DNA of 64,000 nt. Source: Alphaproteobacteria bacterium. GTDB taxonomy: Bacteria > Pseudomonadota > Alphaproteobacteria > Rickettsiales > SXRF01. Position 1 is the first letter of the stretch, and every line of letters begins with the position of its first letter. This document shows, one piece after another, positions 15,117 through 24,307 of this stretch. Where the stretch lies: assembly GCA_039808985.1 (NCBI GenBank), contig JBDHUC010000006.1, positions 20,261 to 84,260 of the forward strand. Reading direction: 5' to 3'. The position numbers were made by a program, and so were the translations under genes. The notes below the pieces were generated by a model. It was not told the DNA's origin and made no database searches. It was given only the letters and a program-made list of their open reading frames with translations.

Positions 15117-15137
15117 ATAATGGCACAAGGCCATTAT
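15117..15137. promoter_or_regulatory. 21-bp perfect palindrome upstream of the SPFH-NADK-prs-nadV-nrtR operon (candidate operator)
   Basis: ATAATGGC-acaag-GCCATTAT, 55-75 nt upstream of the SPFH start codon. A second small palindrome, TGGCT-cac-AGCCA, lies at about 15097-15109. Confidence 0.4.
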
Positions 15138-15229
15138 CATGTCAACTAAAATGCTAAATTTTATTAAAATATAAATATATTGTTAATATGCAGCATGTTA
15201 TTCGTGTTGTGATTTTGCTAATACTGCGA

Positions 15230-16327
15230 TTAATGATTAATTGCCGTATAAATCGGATAATCTTTTAATTCTTCCAGATATTCTTCAAGGCTGACCTTTG
15301 CCACGCAGGGATAAGCGCCTGGGGCAGGCAGTATTCCGGTAGCGATTTTCTTAGCAAGCACTATAGCTGGGATAGTAGGGATATAAGGCCCATAGCCATC
15401 TTTTGCGATTATAAACCATTCAATTTTATGTGGCGCGCCACCTGGCACAGTACCGGATATAACCATATGCATGCCACCATCGGAACTGCCGAAACGGTCA
15501 AACCAGTTGCTGGCGGAAAGAAGTGCTGTCGCATATTTCGGTAAGTTCAATGGGACACCTATCCGCACCAGCCATGATATTGCCCATAGGCCCAAATGTA
15601 ATGGCGCAAGCTGTAATCCGGCAGAAAATTGAATTGATTTTATGCCATAGGCGGCTGGTAACAAGTCGAGATCAGGAATATCGCAATTCGCCATCCAGCG
15701 TTTGCCCAGGCCAGGATATTCCTGCCTATAAATATTCTGCCAACCATAGGCACAGGAATTTCCTGCAAAGGGGGCAAGTGGTTTGCCTACATAAGTGAGA
15801 ATACCTTTAGTGGTAGCCAGTCCGCGCTCGGCTTTCTGGCCTGGGCTGATGCCGAAGCGTAGTGCATGAATGCTGGTAAACTCATGTTTGAAATGTTCTA
15901 GCACGGCGGAGGAAAGCCCCGGTACAGTGCTGGCCCCACTGATGACACTTACCCCATTAGCCTTTGCAGCCTCGTCTAGTTTTGTGATTCCGGTGACAAA
16001 TGTCCGGCCATCGGCGAGGTCAATATAATGAATACCGCCTGCAATGCAGGTTTCTGCCACGTGATAGTCAGAAGTTTGAAAAGGACCGCATGTATTGACT
16101 ACTGCGCAGGGCTGTATGATGCTGAGTTGTTTGGCGAGATCTTGCTTCACATCGAATATGGCAGCCTGAGCTGGCGATCCCAATTCTGACACCAGAATTT
16201 CAGCCTTTATGCGATTACGCCCAACAATAACGATCGGTATATGCGCCTTCACCAAAGCCTGCGCTATGCGCTTGCCGAAATTTCCATAACCACCAAGAAT
16301 GAGCACTTTACGGTTCAAGCACAACAT
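15230..16327 (-). CDS. saccharopine dehydrogenase-like NAD(P)-binding protein
   Basis: 365 aa. Rossmann motif VLILGGYGNFGKRIA. The family commonly pairs with DUF4166 proteins. Confidence 0.7.
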   Translation of the reverse strand: MLCLNRKVLILGGYGNFGKRIAQALVKAHIPIVIVGRNRIKAEILVSELGSPAQAAIFDVKQDLAKQLSIIQPCAVVNTCGPFQTSDYHVAETCIAGGIHYIDLADGRTFVTGITKLDEAAKANGVSVISGASTVPGLSSAVLEHFKHEFTSIHALRFGISPGQKAERGLATTKGILTYVGKPLAPFAGNSCAYGWQNIYRQEYPGLGKRWMANCDIPDLDLLPAAYGIKSIQFSAGLQLAPLHLGLWAISWLVRIGVPLNLPKYATALLSASNWFDRFGSSDGGMHMVISGTVPGGAPHKIEWFIIAKDGYGPYIPTIPAIVLAKKIATGILPAPGAYPCVAKVSLEEYLEELKDYPIYTAINH

Positions 16328-17336
16328 CCTTTACAGTGAAATCACCAGAATAGGCGTAAACTTCACCAAACCATGGGTGGCGAATATCCATATACATACG
16401 AAAATTGCTATCGCCAGTGGCTTCTTCTTCGGCATATCCTTTGCCAAACAGCCAATGGAACGGAAAGTGTATATTCAAGCCAAACAACCGCCATACATAA
16501 CCGCGATGAGTAAGTGTTACCTTGTTGTTCGTAAATTGATAGGCCGCACGCCAGCCAATACCCAGGCTCATATACTCGATGACCTCATTACCTCCCACCG
16601 GCATCATGCGCGAGAGGAAATGAAAAGGCGCTTTGCCTGGGAAGCGGAATTCACGATCAAAGCGGAAAACCCGTGAATCTGCTTCGCTGCGGAAGGTGAC
16701 AGTTGTTGGAACATCTTGGCCCTGATATGGCACCAACAAGCCCGACCATTTCAACAGTGGGGCAAAAAACCGCATCAGGCGTGATGCGCGTACTTCCATA
16801 AGGCCCTCTACTACTACCACATCATTGGTATAGGGCCGGTTCGCATAATGTTGGTGCATCACTGCTGGCATAGTCTGCCACGCTTCACCAAAAATAGGTT
16901 GGAAAATAGGAGATTTATTGCCATTAGCCAGATTGCCAAGCTTAGGTTTGCCTTTTATATACATGAGAGCATTGCGTGTGCCACGCATTGCGGGATATAG
17001 CAGCTTTGCTATGTGCGGGGAGCTAAATAGCAAGGCATTCATGCGGTTAAACCAACCAATATTGCTTCCGAGCAGAGCCATGATAACAAGAGCATCAGCG
17101 CCATGGTAGTGACGTTCACCAAATTTTATGACCATGCCTTCATCAAGATCGTATCCTAGTTCAGTTGCCTCGCGTACTAGTGGCTGATCCTTGCCTTCGC
17201 GCGCATTGATTAGGTGAAGCGAGCCGACTGCCTGGCGGATGCGCAGTGCATGAGCAGCGGTGGTGCAAATAGGGCAATCACCATCATATATGAAGTGCGC
17301 GTCGCCTTTTAATTTTTCTATCGCATCAGGTTCCAT
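16308..17336 (-). CDS. DCC1-like thiol-disulfide oxidoreductase (DUF393) fused to DUF4166
   Basis: 342 aa. N-terminal YDGDCPICTTAAHAL (DCC motif). The C-terminal ~200 aa are DUF4166-like. Overlaps the downstream gene by 20 nt. Confidence 0.6.
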   Translation of the reverse strand: MEPDAIEKLKGDAHFIYDGDCPICTTAAHALRIRQAVGSLHLINAREGKDQPLVREATELGYDLDEGMVIKFGERHYHGADALVIMALLGSNIGWFNRMNALLFSSPHIAKLLYPAMRGTRNALMYIKGKPKLGNLANGNKSPIFQPIFGEAWQTMPAVMHQHYANRPYTNDVVVVEGLMEVRASRLMRFFAPLLKWSGLLVPYQGQDVPTTVTFRSEADSRVFRFDREFRFPGKAPFHFLSRMMPVGGNEVIEYMSLGIGWRAAYQFTNNKVTLTHRGYVWRLFGLNIHFPFHWLFGKGYAEEEATGDSNFRMYMDIRHPWFGEVYAYSGDFTVKDVVLEP

Positions 17337-17353
17337 AATGCTAGTTATAGCGC

Positions 17354-17821
17354 ATGGATTATCTTTTTCTCAAACTTATTCACATCATTAGCGCAACAAT
17401 CCTGTTTGGCACCGGCATTGGCAGCGCTTTCTATATGTTCATGGCGAACCGGCGGAAGGATATTGCCGGTATATATTTTGCTACTCGTTATGTCGTGATA
17501 GCGGATTGGATATTTACCACACCGAGCGTTATCGTGCAGCTTGCCAGCGGCATAGCGCTGGCCCATGAGTTAGGATTACCGCTGACTGAAGGATGGGTGT
17601 TCTGGGCGCTGATTCTTTACTCACTTGCCGGTGTTTGCTGGGTGCCAGTTGTCTGGCTACAGATTAAAATGCGCGATATGGCAAAGATAGCTATAGAAGC
17701 GGGGGATGCTTTACCTGAGCGCTACTGGCGGCTTGATCGCTGGTGGATTATTTTAGGCTCTCTGGCTTTCCCAGCAATACTTGCCATAATAGGTTTAATG
17801 GTGATGAAGCCGGGTTTTTAA
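17354..17821 (+). CDS. DUF2269-family integral membrane protein
   Basis: 155 aa with four predicted TM helices. The N-terminus LKLIHIISATILFGTGIGSAFYMF is typical of the family. Confidence 0.55.
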   Translation: MDYLFLKLIHIISATILFGTGIGSAFYMFMANRRKDIAGIYFATRYVVIADWIFTTPSVIVQLASGIALAHELGLPLTEGWVFWALILYSLAGVCWVPVVWLQIKMRDMAKIAIEAGDALPERYWRLDRWWIILGSLAFPAILAIIGLMVMKPGF

Positions 17822-17860
17822 TAATTATGCCATCAAATGAAACCGCAATTCGGAATAGGG

Positions 17861-17936
17861 TGGTGGGCCGTACTGGGGTCGAACCAGTGACCTATTGATT
17901 AAGAGTCAACCGCTCTACCAACTGAGCTAACGGCCC
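17861..17936 (-). tRNA. tRNA-Lys (anticodon CTT)
   Basis: The reverse complement GGGCCGTTAGCTCAGTTGGTAGAGCGGTTGACTCTTAATCAATAGGTCACTGGTTCGACCCCAGTACGGCCCACCA folds as a cloverleaf. Anticodon loop CTCTTAA. CCA is encoded. Confidence 0.9.
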
Positions 17937-18129
17937 AAAACTAAGGGATTGCTTTATTTATTCTATTTATGGGGAATGTAAATAGCTTATTTCAAGGAAA
18001 GCTATTATAGCAGTTTTTTACAAAAACACCAGAAATTTAAATCGCCATATCTCATCTTAATGAGCTGAAAACACTTAAAAATTTGCTATAATAAAACCAA
18101 TAGTGATTGTTTTGTCCAGGAGGGATTAT

Positions 18130-18393
18130 ATGTCTGACTTTAACCTGATGCTAAAAGATTACCGGCTTACGACTGCCGAAATCCTCTATCATTTGCCGGA
18201 CTACCCGATGCTTCTGCAAACTTTCCTGTGGCAGGATCTGGATATTGCCCCTAAATATCCTGTTTTAAATAAATTCCTTAATTTCTGGGAGAAGAAAATA
18301 GATGGCAAGCTGCATTCGGTTAAAGTTGCAAGCAGCCAGATAATCACACCCGCCCAGTTCATATATTGCAAGGGCGAGCTTAATATTCACTAA
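18130..18393 (+). CDS. usg: Usg-family protein
   Basis: 87 aa from the ATG at 18130. LTTAEILYHLPDYPMLLQTFLWQDLDIAPKYPVLNKFLNFW matches the alphaproteobacterial Usg family pattern. Confidence 0.7.
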   Translation: MSDFNLMLKDYRLTTAEILYHLPDYPMLLQTFLWQDLDIAPKYPVLNKFLNFWEKKIDGKLHSVKVASSQIITPAQFIYCKGELNIH

Positions 18394-19163
18394 GCTTTGC
18401 TGCGGGTGAAAACATAATTAGCATCATCAGATAGCTTTTTATTAAACCGGTATCCGTTTTTGCAAAACCCTGTTAGTTGCTGTTCTTTTTCAATACGGTT
18501 TTTTATTATATAATCGGCCATTACTCCACGGGCTTTTTTGGCGAATAACCCTATTATCCGGTAGTCCTGCCCATGCTTTTCCTTGAATGTAATGTTAAGC
18601 AGTTTGCCGCTGAGCTCACTCTTATCTATGGCTGCGAAATATTCCTGTGATGCAAGATTTACAAGCAGGGGATTTTTTTGTTCTTCCATAGCAATATTAA
18701 TAGACTTGGTAATTTTATTGCCCCAGAATTCATATAAATTTTTGCCTTTGGCATTTTCAAGAGCTATTCCCATTTCCAGCCGGTATGGCTGGATAAGGTC
18801 AAGCGGCTTAAGCAGCCCATATAACCCCGATAATATACGTATATGCTGCTGGGCAAATACGAAGTCTTTTTCGTTGTATTGTTTAATATCAATGGCTTCA
18901 TAGACATCGCCTTTAAAAGCCAATATTGCCTGCCTGGCATTTTGCGGCGTAAAAGGAGTATGAAAATCTTTGTAACGTTGATAGTTAAGCTCGGCAAGCT
19001 TGCTGCTTATGCCCATTAATTCAGCTATTTCAGAATGGGGCTTTTGCTTGAGGTTTTTGATAAGTATACTGGATTCCTTCAAAAATTCGGGAATTGTGTA
19101 GCTTTCAGTTGCTTTCTTTGTTGTATAATCAAGTGTTTTTGATGGGGAAAGTACGATAATCAT
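18390..19163 (-). CDS. yaaA: peroxide stress protein YaaA (UPF0246)
   Basis: 257 aa. N-terminus MIIVLSPSKTLDY and overall conservation with YaaA. Confidence 0.85.
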   Translation of the reverse strand: MIIVLSPSKTLDYTTKKATESYTIPEFLKESSILIKNLKQKPHSEIAELMGISSKLAELNYQRYKDFHTPFTPQNARQAILAFKGDVYEAIDIKQYNEKDFVFAQQHIRILSGLYGLLKPLDLIQPYRLEMGIALENAKGKNLYEFWGNKITKSINIAMEEQKNPLLVNLASQEYFAAIDKSELSGKLLNITFKEKHGQDYRIIGLFAKKARGVMADYIIKNRIEKEQQLTGFCKNGYRFNKKLSDDANYVFTRSKA

Positions 19164-19297
19164 TAATAATCCGGCGAATTAGTTAAAATACATGTTACAT
19201 TTTAACGTAATTTATATTATAGTTTATATAGGAAAATAATAGCCGGATATGCTATTATCAACATAAATTTCTCTCAACTTAATATTAAGTTATAAAA

Positions 19298-19924
19298 ATG
19301 AAATATATAAAAAAACCGGTTTTTTCAGGATTTTTTCGTAAAAATGATGGTGCAACCATCATTGAGTTTGCCTTAGTCGCGCCCATATTCTTCCTCATAA
19401 TGTTCGGGATGATGGAGTTCGGGCTGTTTATGTATCATAAAATCACGGTAGAGCGTATAGCGGTTGATATTTCCCGTGTGTCTTCGATTGGTAATATATC
19501 TGATAGTACCTGCCCGACCGATCCTGCTAAGCCATCAAAAGAACGGCAGATAGATTATATAAAATGCATTGTCCGTGAAAAATCCAAGGCCCTCATTAAT
19601 GGCGACCGTATCCTGGTGCAGATAGCTAATTTATCTTCCGGGGCTGGCGCTAAAATACCTGATATATGTTTAGACGATCCTAAAAACCCAAGCAGTGACC
19701 CGGCAACTTGCAATATTTTCGAAGATGTGGATGGGGACGGGGTTTATAAAGGTGGGGCAAGCGATACTGGTTCTACGAATGCGGAAGGCGTGGGAGATGT
19801 TATTGAAGTGCGTATTTCATATCCATGGACTATACAAATGCCTCTAATGAGCAAATTCTTCACCAATTCTATGCTTAATGGCGTGGTTATGATAAGTGAA
19901 TCAACTATAATCAGGAATGAATAA
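19298..19924 (+). CDS. tadE: TadE/TadG-family pilus assembly (pseudopilin-like) protein
   Basis: 208 aa. TadE N-terminal motif GATIIEFALVAPIFFLIMFGMMEF. Confidence 0.75.
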   Translation: MKYIKKPVFSGFFRKNDGATIIEFALVAPIFFLIMFGMMEFGLFMYHKITVERIAVDISRVSSIGNISDSTCPTDPAKPSKERQIDYIKCIVREKSKALINGDRILVQIANLSSGAGAKIPDICLDDPKNPSSDPATCNIFEDVDGDGVYKGGASDTGSTNAEGVGDVIEVRISYPWTIQMPLMSKFFTNSMLNGVVMISESTIIRNE

Positions 19925-20628
19925 TGCAAAAAAAAATGCACTGGCGCTTTTCAATTAAGTCACTAATTTCTAACCAGCGCGGTTTGGCATTGGTTGAGTT
20001 TGCGTTTGTTGCGCCATTACTGCTTGCCTTGATATTTGGCGTTGTTGAGTTGACGCGCTATATAATTATTTTACAGAAAGTTGAAAGGACAACTTATGCC
20101 CTTTCAAATATTGTAGTGCAATATCTGCCCGCGCAGTATCCGGCTGTTTCTCCATCTAATGAGATAAGTGAAGCCAATATCAATAATGATGCTTTTGCCC
20201 AGATTAGCAAAATGATGAGCCCTTATAATAATAGCGCAGACATAAGCACCATCATTACTTCTGTTGTTAAAACAGACTCAGCTCCTCCAAATGATAAGAT
20301 TATCGAATGGCAGATAGCAGGTGGCGGTACGCTTTCCAATAGTGATACTTTCAGTATTGTAAATGGGGTTGCTCCGGGCGCGGTTAGCCCTGCGGTGCGC
20401 AACACGAATGCGATTTTCAATGCCGATATACAGACAACCCTTGTAGATATGCAGAAGGGTGAAAATTTTATTGTTGTGGAAGTGTTTTATAATTACCGCC
20501 CAATAGTAAGCGATATACTTTCGCGGTTTGGTGCCCCTTCATTGGCCCAAACGACAATTGTTTCCAGGAATTTTGCTATGCCACGTCAGGGTAACCTGCT
20601 TGATCTGCCGCCTGACTTTAACCCATAA
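19924..20628 (+). CDS. TadE-like protein
   Basis: 234 aa. QRGLALVEFAFVAPLLLALIFGVVELTRY. The start overlaps the previous stop (TAATG). Confidence 0.75.
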   Translation: MQKKMHWRFSIKSLISNQRGLALVEFAFVAPLLLALIFGVVELTRYIIILQKVERTTYALSNIVVQYLPAQYPAVSPSNEISEANINNDAFAQISKMMSPYNNSADISTIITSVVKTDSAPPNDKIIEWQIAGGGTLSNSDTFSIVNGVAPGAVSPAVRNTNAIFNADIQTTLVDMQKGENFIVVEVFYNYRPIVSDILSRFGAPSLAQTTIVSRNFAMPRQGNLLDLPPDFNP

Positions 20629-20649
20629 AATTTAAATTGTGATATTTAT

Positions 20650-21906
20650 ATGAAAAACCCTATTAAAAAACTAATATCATTATTACACTCCAACACCGGG
20701 AACGTGCTTATCATGACCGGTGTTTTTATCCTCATAGTATTTGCAATTGCAGGCGCCGGTATTGATTTTGGCAGGGCGCAGCTAGTGCAGATGAAAGAGC
20801 AGCAGGCATCAGATATTGCAACACTTGCGGCGGCTAACGTGCTTGATAAGGATACAGTAAATCCGAATGAGAGCAGTATACGTGAATCTGCGGCCAAGCG
20901 CTATTACAGCCTTAATTTCCCTATGAAATATTTAGGCGTTATTCGCCAGGATCCGGCTTATAGTTTTGACAAGGCAAAAGGAACCATAGTTGTAAGCAAC
21001 AGCCAGAATGTGAAGACTAATTATATAAATACTATAGGCAGGGACAGCCTTGATGTTGCGTCCAGGACTGCCGCCCAGATACCTGACAAAAACATGCCTG
21101 ATTTTGATGTGGTTATGGTGATTGACGAATCCGGCTCTACTAAACAGGCGGTTGTACGAGGTGGGCCTGGCCCAAGCAGGATAAGCCTGGAAAGGGACGC
21201 TATTAGCACAATGGTAGATAATCTTTTTCCTGATAACCAACCACAAAATCTTAACCTGCGTTTTGGACTGGTTGGGCATTCCGGACCGATTGACCATGCC
21301 TTTGGCCTTAGTTCAGATAAAGACCAGGTTAAAGGTTATGTGAAGGCCATTTCTAATTTTGGCGAAACTTATACGCACTGGGGGCTGGAAGCTGGCCTTA
21401 ATATGATAACCGGCGTATGGAATGGGTTTGTTCCGCCAAGAATATGCTATATTGACTCTCTCCATGTTGATCCAACTTATTGCCTGCCGGAAAGAAACAC
21501 AGGTGTTCCTGGCGCTGCAACATTGCGTGACGATGGTCAGAAATTAAGCAAGGTTAAATATATGGTATTGCTTACCGATGGCGAGATAATGTATCAACCA
21601 TTGCCTTGCCCGGGTGGATGGGACCATAAAAGAAAATACCCTTCGGATTATGTGGATGATGTGCCATTGCCGGGTGATTCTTGTAAAAATTATCGCGCGT
21701 TATATGAGCAATGCGATAAAGTGAAAGCTGCTGGCGTTACTCTTTATACAATAAATTTTGCAGAGCAAACTGCTGACGACATAACAGCAATGACAAAATG
21801 CGCCACAAGCCCCGATAAATATTTCTTCGCACCAGATGGTAATACTTTGAAAGGCATTCTTTCAGGCATAGCCAAAAAAGCCAGTAAGGTGCGCATTACA
21901 GAATAA
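20650..21906 (+). CDS. tadG: TadG-like N-terminal domain plus von Willebrand factor A domain protein
   Basis: 418 aa. N-terminus GNVLIMTGVFILIVFAIAGAGIDFGRA (TadG-like). MIDAS-type DFDVVMVIDESGST. Confidence 0.75.
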   Translation: MKNPIKKLISLLHSNTGNVLIMTGVFILIVFAIAGAGIDFGRAQLVQMKEQQASDIATLAAANVLDKDTVNPNESSIRESAAKRYYSLNFPMKYLGVIRQDPAYSFDKAKGTIVVSNSQNVKTNYINTIGRDSLDVASRTAAQIPDKNMPDFDVVMVIDESGSTKQAVVRGGPGPSRISLERDAISTMVDNLFPDNQPQNLNLRFGLVGHSGPIDHAFGLSSDKDQVKGYVKAISNFGETYTHWGLEAGLNMITGVWNGFVPPRICYIDSLHVDPTYCLPERNTGVPGAATLRDDGQKLSKVKYMVLLTDGEIMYQPLPCPGGWDHKRKYPSDYVDDVPLPGDSCKNYRALYEQCDKVKAAGVTLYTINFAEQTADDITAMTKCATSPDKYFFAPDGNTLKGILSGIAKKASKVRITE

Positions 21907-21986
21907 TGCTATAATAGCATAAATTTAATATTTATTAACTAATCTGTGCTAGTTTGGTTATATTAAAATTAATTTATGGTAATTAT

Positions 21987-23261
21987 ATGAAAAAGCATCT
22001 GCGGGTAATTGATTCTTTGTGCCGTTCCAATGATGGCAATGTATTTATCATGACCGGTGTTTTTATCCTGATAATTTTTGCAATTTCAGGCGCCGGTATT
22101 GATTTTGGCAGGGCGCAGCTAGTGCAGATGAAAGAGCAGCAGGCATCAGATATTGCAACACTTGCGGCGGCAAATATAATAGATAAAGATACCACCAATC
22201 CGCAGGAAATAAAGATCCGCAAAGATGCGGCTAAGCGCTATTACAACCTTAATTTCCCTGCAAAATACTTAGGTGTTACTCGCCAGGACCCATCTTATAA
22301 TTTTGACAAGAAAAGCGGAATAATAATAGTAGGTAATAACCAGAATATAAAAACCAATTATATAACTACTATAGGCAGGGGAAGCCTTAATATTGCAGCA
22401 AGGACCGCCGCTAAAATACCTAACAAGAATATCCCGGATTTTGATGTGGTTATGGTAGTTGATGAATCAGGTTCAACGGGTGATCCAGTGTTGCCTAATG
22501 GCCCAGGCCCAAGCAGGATGACCCTGCAGAAGGAAGCGGTAAACAGCATGATAGAAAATCTGTTTCCTGATAACCAGCCGCAAAATCCTAACGTACGTAT
22601 GGGCCTGATCGGCCATTCCGGGCCGATTGATCATGCCCATGGCCTGAGTTCAGATAAAGCCCAGGTTAAAAGCTACGCTGATGCTCTGGATGTATATGGA
22701 GAAACCTACAGCCATTGGGGGTTAGAAGCCGGTTTTAATATGATAACCGGTATATGGAATGGCTTTGTTGCACCTTCAAAATATTGTTGTTTTAATAATA
22801 ATCCTCATTACTTTTTGGCGGAAAGGAATACAGGTGTTCCTGGCCCTGCAACAGATAGGGATGATGGCAAAAAACTAAGCAAAGTAAAATACCTGGTTTT
22901 CATAACTGATGGTGATATTATGAAACAGCCATTGCCTTGTTATGGTGGGATATACTACAAGGAAAATTTCCCTACGCTTTATACTGATGATAACATGCCT
23001 CTGGGGCAGCCGGTACCCACAGTAGAGCCGCCCAATTGCCGTAATTATCCTGAATTCCTTGAGCAATGTACTAATCTAAAAAATGCCGGGGTTACAGTGT
23101 TTGTTATTAATTTTGCCGAAAAAGATATTCTAGGTTTGGATGCGATGACTCAGTGTGCCTCCACTCCTGATAAATATTACTTCGCGCCCGATGGCGACAC
23201 TTTAAAAGGCATACTAAATGGCATTGCTAAAAAAGCCAGCAAAGTCCGAATAACGGAGTGA
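21987..23261 (+). CDS. TadG-like/vWA protein, tandem paralog of 20650-21906
   Basis: 424 aa from the ATG at 21987. Same architecture as the upstream copy. The C-terminal ~60 aa are nearly identical (…PDKY.FAPDG.TLKGIL.GIAKKASKVRITE). Confidence 0.75.
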   Translation: MKKHLRVIDSLCRSNDGNVFIMTGVFILIIFAISGAGIDFGRAQLVQMKEQQASDIATLAAANIIDKDTTNPQEIKIRKDAAKRYYNLNFPAKYLGVTRQDPSYNFDKKSGIIIVGNNQNIKTNYITTIGRGSLNIAARTAAKIPNKNIPDFDVVMVVDESGSTGDPVLPNGPGPSRMTLQKEAVNSMIENLFPDNQPQNPNVRMGLIGHSGPIDHAHGLSSDKAQVKSYADALDVYGETYSHWGLEAGFNMITGIWNGFVAPSKYCCFNNNPHYFLAERNTGVPGPATDRDDGKKLSKVKYLVFITDGDIMKQPLPCYGGIYYKENFPTLYTDDNMPLGQPVPTVEPPNCRNYPEFLEQCTNLKNAGVTVFVINFAEKDILGLDAMTQCASTPDKYYFAPDGDTLKGILNGIAKKASKVRITE

Positions 23262-23319
23262 TTCTTAATATATCCAAGGATTCTCTTGAATATTCCGGTT
23301 TTGTTTATATAACAATGGC

Positions 23320-24273
23320 ATGAAAAATATTTTAATTGCTGGTGGCGCGGGGTTTATTGGCTCGCATTTATGCTCTACACTTATTGCGCGTGGCGACAAT
23401 GTGGTTGCGCTTGATAATTTTTTTACAGGGAAACGTGAGAATATAGAATCGCTTAAGGAAAGCGGCAGGTTTTCACTTATAGAGCATGATATAACCATAC
23501 CATTTACTTTCGAAGCTGCAAACGGCGCTTACTTTGACGAAATATATAATCTTGCCTGTCCGGCTTCGCCAGCGCATTACCAGCCAGACCCGGTTCGCAC
23601 CATGCTGGTTAATATATTGGGTATGAAAAACCTGCTCGACCTTGCCAAATCCCATAATGCCAGGATACTGCAAACTTCAACCAGCGAAGTTTATGGCAAT
23701 CCCCAGGTTCACCCGCAGCCGGAAAGCTATCTTGGTAATGTGAATACAATAGGGCCGCGCGCCTGTTATGACGAAGGCAAACGCGCTGCTGAAACTTTAT
23801 GTTTCGATTACCACCGCCAATATAAAACCAATATTAAGATTGTGCGCATATTCAATACTTACGGGCCGCAGATGCGCAAGGATGACGGTCGGGTGATTTC
23901 CAATTTCATCTGTCAGGCTCTAGCCGGAGAGCCTGTAACTATATATGGTGATGGCTCGCAGACACGTTCATTTTGCTATATTGACGATATGGTGGCCGGG
24001 ATTATAGCGATGATGGAAAGCCCATCAGAGGTTACAGGGCCTGTAAATCTTGGCAACCCTGACGAATTCACCATCGAGGAAATAGCTGAAAAAATACTGG
24101 AAAAAACCGGCAGCAAATCATCGCTTGCCTATAAACCACTGCCGCAGGATGACCCTATGCAAAGGCAGCCAGATATAAGCCTTGCCTGGAAATTATTAGG
24201 CTGGCAGCCAAAAATATCGCTGGATAGGGGGCTGGATAAGTCTATAGCTTATTTTACCAGGGCTTTACGTTAA
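23320..24273 (+). CDS. uxs: UDP-glucuronate decarboxylase (UDP-xylose synthase-like SDR)
   Basis: 317 aa. GGAGFIGSHL, the YDEGKR catalytic motif, and STSEVYG. Confidence 0.8.
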   Translation: MKNILIAGGAGFIGSHLCSTLIARGDNVVALDNFFTGKRENIESLKESGRFSLIEHDITIPFTFEAANGAYFDEIYNLACPASPAHYQPDPVRTMLVNILGMKNLLDLAKSHNARILQTSTSEVYGNPQVHPQPESYLGNVNTIGPRACYDEGKRAAETLCFDYHRQYKTNIKIVRIFNTYGPQMRKDDGRVISNFICQALAGEPVTIYGDGSQTRSFCYIDDMVAGIIAMMESPSEVTGPVNLGNPDEFTIEEIAEKILEKTGSKSSLAYKPLPQDDPMQRQPDISLAWKLLGWQPKISLDRGLDKSIAYFTRALR

Positions 24274-24307
24274 TAAATTGTTAAAAACTTACTGTTAACA
24301 TATTAGG

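Noticed and set aside
19928-19936. A9 homopolymer at the start of the second tadE (and A8-A9 runs at about 5019, 33835 and 39472) as phase-variation switches
   Set aside because: Such runs are expected in AT-rich DNA. Without population data there is no evidence for length variation. It is kept only as a side note.
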